Below, piece by piece: positions 10,551-19,320 of a DNA stretch of 20,448 nucleotides. The stretch is from NCBI RefSeq assembly GCF_000143415.4, contig NW_003314327.1:1070241-1090688 (forward strand), written 5' to 3'. Both the position numbers and the translations under genes were made by a program. Numbering within the stretch: the stretch's first letter is position 1; each line of letters begins with the position of its first letter. The notes beneath the pieces were generated by a model. The model saw nothing but the letters and a program-made list of their open reading frames with translations. It was not told the origin of the DNA and did not search any database. Origin of the DNA: Selaginella moellendorffii (taxonomy: Eukaryota; Plantae; Lycopodiophyta).

Positions 10551-10840
10551 ATCCTCATGGCGTGCAACCATGGCGAAATGCCAAAATATGTAATTTCTGG
10601 CAGCAAAAAAAGAAGAAACATCACCATGAGATACATCTAAAAACCTCATCTCATACCTGTTGATGAGAGCAGCGAACCTCATGGCATGCAACCATGGTGA
10701 AATGCCAAAATACGTAATTTCTGGCAGCAAAAAAAGAAGAAACATCACCACGAGATAGATCTAAAAAACTCATCTCATACCTGTTGATGAAAGCAGCGAA
10801 CCTCATGGCATGGAACCGTGGTGAAATGCCAAAATACGTA
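10469..10840. repeat. Three-copy 124-bp tandem repeat
   Basis: The unit atttctggcagcaaaaaaagaagaaacatcacc...gccaaaata(t/c)gta starts at 10469, 10593 and 10717. Confidence 0.95.
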
Positions 10841-11009
10841 AGCGCTCCCGGAAAATCCTGGAAAAATGCTTCAAAAAAAACTGGTTTACCTACAAAAAAA
10901 CGTTCCTCCTCTCAACTGTTTTTTTCCCATGTGTCTTTATCTCCACCATTAAACTCAAAAAGAGTCTCGATTGAATATGTTGCCTTTGCTCTTTTAAATA
11001 TACAAGGAT
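10793..11009. repeat. Dispersed repeat module, copy B (homologous to 704-953)
   Basis: Same blocks and same orientation as copy A, about 10 kb downstream. Confidence 0.9.
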
Positions 11010-11198
11010 AAATACAAAATTAATCTAAATAAATAAAAACCATTAGATAAATATCCCAAAATATCCATGAATGTTCTTGGTATATTCACTGCCACTCCAG
11101 TCCCATACAGATTTGCTTAAGCAAACCAAAAATACTATTAAAATTCCCATAAAACAACATTTATATAGTTTAAAGTGTCCTATAATCATATTAAAAAG

Positions 11199-13670
11199 TG
11201 TGACTTAAACTGCTAAACCACTAAATAAACATGCACACCCCGTCCTTGGGGAGGCAGCAGACCAATATTGTGGGTTGGTTCTTGAATCTGAAAGCCAAGG
11301 AGCTGCTGTTGGAATCACCCTGCGCTGAGAAGGCTGCAGTGTCAGGATTTAGGTTCCTATGTTGCCGGGGTGCGAGTGTGGCCAATGGAAGGGCAGCACA
11401 TAGAGATTGATCTGACCCCTGAGAAGTTGTCTCAAGTGACAATCTTGGGAGTTGGGAAGGGAAGAAGTAGATGTCATGGGGAGGCTCGAGAGATGGAAAA
11501 GAAACCAGGAGGGAGAGGAGCAGTTGAGTGGGGACGTGATTAGGATGTGGGCCGTAGTTTCTGGTTTAATGCTAGGTTGCACGTGGACCGATGGAGCTGA
11601 GGTGAATTATGACTACGCTGAACTACCCAAACCCAGACTAAAATGCACGCACCTGGCATTTCGACCCTATCACTCAGACAATCCTCCAGGCGGAGATCGA
11701 GCAGGAGCTGAAGTTGACGACATGGACCTATGATACGAGATCCATGGCAAATGTGGCAGCGGACAGAAGCCAAAATTGTTGAGATCATTGAGCAGCAAGA
11801 AAGGGAGATTTGAAAGTTGGAGCAAAGGGACAAGGGAGGTTTCCCAAAAGACATCCTGCTAAAGAAGGAGAGCACGGAGCTTTGGCAGGTAATCCAGATG
11901 CTGAATGGTGAACCTTCACAGTGCCGTTGCCCAAGTATAAACAGCGGGCCCTCCAGATGGAACTGGTTGCCTTGGAAGCATGGGCTGTGAAGGTTCACTT
12001 ACAAAAGGAGAAGGAGGAGCTCCTGGAAGTCCAGAAATTGATTAAAAGTTGGAACAAGGAGGATGAGGCCATGATGAGACTGCTAGGGGGCAACTAGTAG
12101 TGGGGCAGACAGAGTTGGAGGTCGGCAGGCTTGACCGTGAAGCTTCAAGAGGAAAAGGAGAAGGTTGCTGCCTTCAGTAAAGGGGCCTTGGAGGCAGAAG
12201 TTATAATAAAGTTCCAGCATCAGAAGGAATTCTCTGCAATGCTGAGAGAACATGTAAAGGAGCTACAGGCGGAAGAGTGGGAGGGGAAAATTTGGGAGAC
12301 TCATGTATGAGTCAGGGCCTACAGAAGCTTGTTGTCATTGCTCCCATTGTGTTCAGATCTTAATATCTACGCAGAAAAGCTCTTGTTCTAGTATATGGCC
12401 TTCGTGCTGCACGCCATCTTCAGTCTCGTGAAGTAGGTCATCCATCTTTTGAGGGGGGGACGGAATTGGTGGAAACTTAAGGTGCGTTTTGTATTCCTTC
12501 ACCATCAATTCAATCTTCCCTCTGACGTTCTCTATCGCAGCGGATTTTGACACGCCATATCCAACGCAGGGAATGTCCCCAGGTACGGCCACATACTCAC
12601 TTCTAAGTTTTCCGTTTTGTTTGTCTTGGTATTTGTAAACCTGATGTAAGAAAAACAAATGCCAAAATCTTGAAGCTTGGAAAGGCACCTTGCCCCAGTA
12701 CTGGAAAATGAGTTGCTTTCTCCTGCTCCTACGGTCAGGGACCATGCGATTAACATTCCTGCGACCGCTCGAAGCCATGTGTATGTGGGGTTAGGGTAGA
12801 ACCGTGCTAATTCAAGAAGGCAAATCGGCAAGATATGAATGGATTCCTTGCATGCTCTCCTTGACCATGGATTAGAACTATTTGGATCCCGCCCTGTCAG
12901 GATTAAGTTTCCTTCGTGCTCCATTTTTATTAAATAGGCTTTAAAGTTCTCCCATGTGTCCATTAAAGGTCTCGTCCAAGAATTCCTAAGCACTTAGAAG
13001 AGAGGCTGCTCGTAAGTGGAAGTTAACGTTGTAGCAGCCCAAATTAATCAGTAGCAGATAAAGACAAGGGCTTGGTTTGAAGGGGAGCTTGTTAGGCGTC
13101 AGCTTTGACCACGTGGTCAACATCGGTCAAAAGGAAGCTCAAAGGTATATTAAGGTATGTCAGGATAAGGGATCTAGGGCTCACAGTGGAGACACTGCAC
13201 ATGAGAGCTTTTGAAGTAACTCGGGGGTGGTTAAGTGGTGAAGAACCTGAAGAGGAGGGTAACATAGTCTAGGAAGACTAGATCTCTGTTTTTTTGTGCC
13301 AGATCATAATAGAGATTGACTTAGAAGTGAAAGCCTTAATTACCTCACCATGTTATGATCCAATGGTTTATCCTATTCTTTCTAAATGAAAATGATGGTT
13401 ACTCCCCAGAGTTAGAATATACAAATAATTTAGCCTTGAAAAGAACTAAGATCAGTAGTGTTAATTCACTTGATTAGCCATGTTAGGTGAGCTCTAGGGC
13501 ACAACCTCACCCAACATGCCTGGCCGTTCTAAGACCACTACAATGTGCTCGCCCTACCTGGGAACTCTTTCATGGGCTGGCCGATGCCAGTTAAGTTGAT
13601 TGCATTGTTGAGGCTGCTGAGATTATTATTATTATTATTATTATACATGAGATTGTTTTAGGTCGTCACA
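11199..13670 (+). mobile_element. Probable transposon remnant carrying a degenerate E/K-rich coiled-coil ORF, interrupted by an unrelated ~0.7-kb segment
   Basis: Intronless, purine-rich, CpG-poor + strand coding-like sequence with many stops and shifts (about 11250-12350, e.g. IVEIIEQQEREI*KLEQ and KEKEELLEVQKLIK) resumes with similar composition at about 13070-13270. It is bounded by TGTGAC (11199) and GTCACA (13670). No gag, pol or transposase motif was recognised, so both class and boundaries are uncertain. Confidence 0.35.
12353..12778 (-). CDS. Small HicB-fold-like protein; probably 2 exons (12778-12689, 12640-12353; about 125 aa spliced)
   Basis: Open ATG-to-TGA frame with an in-frame 48-nt AAG|GT...TTTTTCTTACATCAG| intron-like segment. 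The spliced core FQYWGKVYKY...SEYVAVPGDIPCVGYGVSKSAAIENVRGKIELMVKEYKTHLKFPPIPS matches the recalled HicB N-domain pattern Y.V........Y.V.FPDLPGC.T.G.T.EEA..NAREAL...L.......PIP.PS. Confidence 0.6.
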   Translation of the reverse strand: MASSGRRNVNRMVPDRRSRRKQLIFQYWGKVPFQASRFWHLFFLHQVYKYQDKQNGKLRSEYVAVPGDIPCVGYGVSKSAAIENVRGKIELMVKEYKTHLKFPPIPSPPQKMDDLLHETEDGVQHEGHILEQELFCVDIKI

Positions 13671-14296
13671 TGTGGCATTACTAGAACAGTACAAGAAATC
13701 CTCTCATTGAGCTATCGATTGAGCTCGGGCGCTGGGATGGGAGGAGCAGCGAGGAGGGAGGAGATCGAGCTGTTACGGGAGTGCTGTGCGAGAATCTGCA
13801 AAATCCTGTGAGAACTTGAAGATCTGGAATCACAAAACCCTAGCACACTGCAATGCATTCGCCCTGCACTGTAGCTCCACACAATCGCTCAGAGCTCCCA
13901 AGACCCCTGAATATAATAGATTACTTTCTCCAACAGAATTCTTGTGGGCAAGCAAAGCTGGTTCTGGTAAAAGAATATTTCAGGATTTCTTATACCATAG
14001 TATGATTGATTTCCATGAATATCAGTGCTTTGCTTTACACTCTCAGCCCAGCGTAAATGTGGAAGCAGTATATGAAACTGCTCCGAGAGTTCTTCCTGGG
14101 ATTGGATTGAAAACTCTAGTATTGGGTGTGAGCTCGGCTTAGTATTGAGTTCCACGAGATCAAGCATTGGCTTACCATCTTATCAAACATGGCCTAATTC
14201 ATAGCCTGGCTCTCGCCCGTTAAGTTAATCGGATTGTTGAGAGCCGTCCAATCAAGAAAATTATATATGATAATTTTTTAGGTTTTCTTATGTGGC
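13571..14296. repeat. Diverged ~100-bp direct repeat pair (13571-13676 and 14200-14296); first copy contains an (ATT)n microsatellite
   Basis: gccagttaagttgattgcattgttgag vs gcccgttaagttaatcggattgttgag; ttatacatgagattgttttaggtcgtcacatgtggc vs ttatatatgataattttttaggttttcttatgtggc. Confidence 0.65.
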
Positions 14297-15389
14297 GGTA
14301 TTGTTCTCCAAAACAGTATATGTGCCGCATGTCACTGTCTTAACAGAGCTTAGGCTAACCCGTGAAGGCCAGTCAAGGGCATGTGCATGCTCATGACCCC
14401 CAGAATGCACTTGCTGGGCTTGTGCCCGGCTTGCCCATTCTGGGAGTAACAGGCTAGCACAGTTCTTTAACCTCTTCTTCACAAATATGTTCACAAAAAC
14501 ACCAACTATTTAGAAAGAAAAAATAGAGATGGCATGCATCCATAATGTTGAATACCACAGCAGTGCCATCATCCTGGCCTTACCACAAAACAATCAGTGT
14601 CATGCACTCTTATTACCAATGCCAACACGTATGAAACACCATGGCCCTGGCAATGCATTCCCAAGAGGCCTGCAAAGATTTCTAAAACAATCATGTGGAA
14701 AGGAACCTTAATCTACTTCGTAACAGATGACACTTTTCCACCGAGTTGATATTTCCCCTCTTTCTTTGGAATTCAGAATATTTTCTTTGTCTGATCAATA
14801 AAGAAAATCCAGAGAACCTGAGTCTTGGTGGTGGGCAAGTTTGATTAAAGCCGTTGATATCACTGACACGATATTTTCATCTTCTTGGAATTGTAGACCA
14901 CATTGCCGGCCCCAGCCCCGTGTCCACATTCTCTATACCACGGTTCACTGCATCTGGCGAAAAGGGGAAAAAAAAAAAAAATGAAAAGCATTTGGATTTC
15001 ATCAATCGTAAGAACTCATAGTCTGGTTCAATTCTATATCTTATATGTATTTGTAGCAGCTCATGTAGGTTCTTCTTTCAGTTGCATGCTTACATATCGT
15101 CTCGCTGAAAGCAGAGATGCTGATGATGAGAGACATGGCGACAGCAAAAGACCCCGCTGTGCCCAAGCAGTCTCCTGAGTTCTGTTCTTTCTAACTCTCC
15201 TTGTGGCAAGTGGACAGGCTCGTAAATCTACACTGCGTTTCTGTTTCCGGTGTTCAATTTTCTCAGATTCAGCATATGTTCAGAATAGAATCGGTCAGTC
15301 AGAATGATCCCTAAAGTCGATTGGCTGGAAGTAATAGAGTCGATAAATTTTTACAAACGAGAACAGGATCACTTAGCACGAGATCTCCT

Positions 15390-15698
15390 TCATTGAAATC
15401 CGGCAGACACCTTCAATGGTGTGAGAACTTCTCCAAGACATTTCAGCCGCACTTCTATAGATTGATCCATATCCAGCTCGAGGAAAAACTATTGAACATC
15501 GGAAGAAGCATGGAACAATGTAGAAAAGCGTAGAACAACCACATGTGACCCGGATGGTGAACTTTCAAACAGAACGAATATCCGATCTTCTCTCATGACA
15601 CAGACAACATCGTCATCAACTCTGATTACTTTCCCTATGGTGTGTTCCTTCGACCACCTGGACTTTAAAATTCGTCTGGCTTCTGCAGCAATATCCAA
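15390..15698 (-). pseudogene. Unidentified spliced coding remnant or small gene, divergent from the GEX3-like gene
   Basis: (L)DIAAEARRILKSRWSKEHTIGKVIRVDDDVVCVMREDRIFVLFESSPSGSH, a 54-nt GT-AG intron (15542-15489), then FFLELDMDQSIEVRLKCLGEVLTPLKVSAGFQ*. No clear initiating ATG; family not recognised. Confidence 0.35.
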
Positions 15699-15862
15699 GG
15701 GGTAAAAAAAAGAAGACTGGTGAAGCAATCAAAGAGCTCAATGTGGTTTGGTCGAGAGGTGAAGGCTTCAAATTGGATGGAGTAAGATGCGAAACTTCTT
15801 TATAAATTTAGTTGAAGGATAAAGTTTCTTTTTTCTTCTATGTATATTCTGACGAGTTTCTT

Positions 15863-15959
15863 TCTCCTTTGATATTTTCTTTTGTGTCTAGGTTCGTGAC
15901 AGAATGTTCAGGAGCACAAACCTAGACACAAAAGAAATTGTGATCAAATTAAAAGGAGA
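15863..15959. repeat. Inverted repeat/hairpin upstream of the GEX3-like gene
   Basis: Perfect 19-bp arms tttcttttgtgtctaggtt (15876-15894) and aacctagacacaaaagaaa (15919-15937), extending imperfectly inward (gtg/cac) and outward (tctcctt/aaggaga). Confidence 0.9.
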
Positions 15960-16078
15960 TTATTATAGATCAGTCTCATTCTTTCTTCTTTCATTTAAAA
16001 TTTTAGTTTTCGTCCACTCCACTTTTTGGATTTTTTTCTTCTAAGGAATGCATGTAACAACTCATTAGGGTTCTTGGG

Positions 16079-18409
16079 ATGGGGAAAGCTTGGATTTTTA
16101 TGATTATGTTGGTTGGTTTCACACGTAGGTATTTCCTCCGAGAGGGCAAAAGTTGAAGAATGCTCTTTGAATTGTTTCCAGGTGCCATTTTACAGATGGA
16201 AAATTGGACAGACATCAACCGTATTTTATCCATTTCTGGAGTTCCTACTATAGCAAGCGATGGGAGGATTTACATCTGTACTGGAAAGAACTTGATTTCT
16301 TATAATGAAGACATGTCTCTCAACTGGACTGCTTCACTAAGAAGTGGAACTTGCGAGCGCCATATTCCTCCTATCATTGACAGTGCTGGACGGGTACATT
16401 AAAACAAGATAATCTGATTATATTCATAGATCCTTCCAGGTTTATCTCGCAGCTCAAAACAATGTCCAGATAGTCACCCCTAAGCCATACTCCTATTCCA
16501 CCAAGAAGTACACTATCAGTTTCCTGTACAACTTTACAAGTCATGGCATTGGTTCAAAACCAGTTACTGGATTAGCAGCTTCTCAAACTGATGCAGCTAT
16601 CATGTTCTATGTGAATAGCGGAGTGGGAGGATTATATGCTGTAACTATTGAAGGCACACCCCGTTGGAGTTTGGGGGGCATTGTTAATAGTTCTGATTGG
16701 CAACAGTCGTCTTTCGATTTTTCAGATTTTTGTAGCAGCAATTCAAGTGTCTGCTACTTCCATTATTCCCCGGCGGTAGACATGTGCGATGGAAGTTTAT
16801 ATGTAAGCACTCTTTTGTCCCATATTAATTAGAGTAATCGTGCAAGGGTACATGGCAGATAGCACACTCGAATGGATGGTTATATGCGATTTCTGGCTGG
16901 CAGCCATTTATCAGATGGCGCTACAATTTTGGATTAAACAGGGAGGCCTCTGAAGCCGGTATAACAACTGGCAACAATGGGCTTGTCTATGCTGCAGTTG
17001 TAGCGCAAGAAATGGTGTACGCTTTTGATGCACAAACCGGTGATGTCTTTTGGAGAGTGAAGGTTGGACCACTGAGCGTTCTTACTTGTTTTCCACGGGT
17101 TGATCTCACAGGTATTTAACTAGTCCTAAAAAGAATTTCACACAACACATTTTGCAAAAGGGTGGGTTTTTATTGGATCCGTTGATGGCTGTTTGTATGC
17201 AATATCTCCCAATGGTCAAGAAGTTAAAAAATATCTGGAACTAGAGTCAAAAAGCTCAATTATACAAGCGCCGCCATATCTTGAATGCAATGGCGGGGCT
17301 TTGTACGTCGCACAAGTCCAGGTCACTTCCAAATATATTAGTTATGGTGCTAGGACACTTGTTTCTTACACCGACGCCTTGAGCGTTTTTGTCTCGCAAA
17401 TCGACCCTTTCACTGGAACCCTGTATCGAAGGCAGAATTTTCTTCCTGGTAAAGTGAGTTTGTAGTCCGTGAGAAAGTAATGTTGGCAACATTGATGCAG
17501 ATTTATCAACAAAGGGCGGATGTACTTTTGATTCTAGCTTAATTCTTGCCTTAGTAGCAGCAAGTAAATCAATCATATTCTTGTACTATTAGTTTGCCAT
17601 TACATTGTGCTACCTTGCAGGCGTTTCAACTTCTGGCCCGTGCAAAGCTGGAGGTAAGATATAGCTTTATCTAAATTTGATTAAAAATATATATATATAT
17701 CTCTAGAGCGTGCAACAGCCGCAACATGTGTTGGAAATCTGGCAATCCCCCAACTCCCAGGTCTGAATTAGACGTTTCCAACATTGAATTTATTTTCCTT
17801 CTCAACTTCAGATATGACCAATAAGAAGTTTAAAGAGTATTATATTAGCATACCGTCAGTATTTATAGGATTCATATTAGCTGTCATTTTCGTATTTACA
17901 TGGTGGAGCAGAAAGGTTCGTGTAGATAGAAAGAACGAACGAGACAAAAGACGGAAAGACATAGGGATGCCTCATGATAAGGTTTACTGTTATTGTTGGA
18001 TCTGGTTAGACCTCAGTTCTCTTTGTGTTTTTTTTTCAAACAGAGAAAACTCGTCAAGCACAGAGCAGCACTGGAGAGAGAGGCAGCACACCTTCGAGGC
18101 AAGTATTTAGAGTGCCCGTCGAAACAAATTGAAGATCGATTGTTTGAGGCACTCAGTCAGCTCAATTTTCTCGACGTACTCATTTCTGATCAAGCTCATT
18201 CTAATGCCTCACTTCATGGTTTGCGAAGACGGCTTGAACTAAGCCCATTCTCACCTTACACTTCAGGCAGCAACAACTTAGCACTGTATCATCCATTGGA
18301 AGGCGACACTTCACTTGTGTCTCCGTCAAACGACCAAGAAGTGATCCCTACTGATTTGACAACCATCAAGAAGGACAAAATTGCTAGCATGGTCGATGCA
18401 ACACCATGA
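16079..18409 (+). CDS. GEX3: GAMETE EXPRESSED 3 (GEX3)-like PQQ beta-propeller type I membrane protein, 10 exons, about 615 aa
   Basis: Exons 16079-16124, 16182-16393, 16440-16802, 16859-17111, 17161-17448, 17501-17563, 17621-17653, 17707-17760, 17812-17981 and 18044-18409 splice at GT-AG into one 1848-nt open frame. Signal peptide MGKAWIFMIMLVGFTRA. Motifs DGRIYIC, PAVDMCDGSLYI, TTGNNGLVY, FDAQTGDVFW..VGPL, GWVFIGSVDG.LYAISPNG and IIQAPPYLECNGGALYVAQ are collinear with recalled Arabidopsis GEX3. A TM helix (IPSVFIGFILAVIFVFTWW) is followed by a basic and coiled-coil tail. Confidence 0.88.
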
Positions 18410-18465
18410 TCAAATGCAACTTTTATATAAAGCATCAACATCACAGTTTCATTATGAGTAAAGAA

Positions 18466-19320
18466 TTAAGTTGCACTCCTCTCTAAAATACCAGCCTCAA
18501 GGCCAATGCTTGTCCGTTGGCAGCTGTCACCTCTTACTTTTATATTTCCAACTTTGTTGTTTAGCTGGCCAACGTTATTGTGTCGTTCAAGAAAATTTAC
18601 ACTCTTGTTTGATTTTGAACGTCGTCTCTCATATAGTGTTTCGGCGTAACTTTCGATAAAATTCAAACGCTTTGACTTCATGTCTATCTTGTAGCATTCT
18701 TTAGGGTTTTTATGTAGCATGACTTGCATCCTGCTGTCTTCTCTTTGAAATTCGTATCAGCTTGCCCAACATTAAGCTCGTTCAGCTTTTCAAACATTCT
18801 AAATACTTTAACAATTTCTCCTCCTAAAACGCCACATTTTTTCTTGCCAAAGCTGCACCTTCAAGGGCTGATTTAACGCCTGAATTGCATTACTGGACTT
18901 TGATATCCAGATTACTGGAAAAAAAAAACACAAAGAAGGAACTCTATTGATTTCAAATCATCTTGCATAGGCTACGTACCAGATCTCGCTAGCTATCTCA
19001 GAAGCAAAGTGGTCATTAGATCCTCCAAGCTTTCTAGTTATCTTTGTGAATTTAACTAATTGCCACTAGTGTTAAAATTTTCTACTTTCATCCGTTTTAT
19101 GGAAGCCTCCGCCACCCCTAGCCTTGCATCCACACTTTTGAAAGGTCATGTTAAAACTTTGGAAGCCAGCTTGATGCTGACAATGCAAGATCACCAGTGC
19201 TTGTTCTTAATTCCTCAACGGAGCACACCGGATTTAGTTGTCTAGCTTTTGAACTTTCCTCCCCATCTCTGTGCCTTCGAAAGAATATTTACTACATGGT
19301 TTAACTTTTCCTACCATTTC
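18466..19320 (-). pseudogene. Degraded, unidentified coding remnant (coiled-coil-like) convergent with the GEX3-like gene
   Basis: Minus-strand stretches DLFKSVDARLGVAEASIKRMKVENF and SALEGAALARKNVAF*EEKLLKYLECLKKLNEL are separated by a gtacgt...ttccag intron-like segment (about 18980-18915); several stops. Confidence 0.3.

Noticed and set aside
10469-10840. CRISPR-like array
   Set aside because: Whole units are repeated without unique spacers; eukaryotic context with no cas genes.
14340-14470. Hammerhead ribozyme, TPP riboswitch or confirmed Helitron 3' end
   Set aside because: Core motifs (CUGANGA/GAAA; CUGAGA) are absent on both strands, and the CTAG is followed by C rather than T. Kept only as an unexplained structure.
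15087-15295. Signal-peptide-like + strand segment as first exon of the GEX3-like gene
   Set aside because: It contains an in-frame stop, and a better signal-peptide exon with a typical 57-nt intron exists at 16079-16124.
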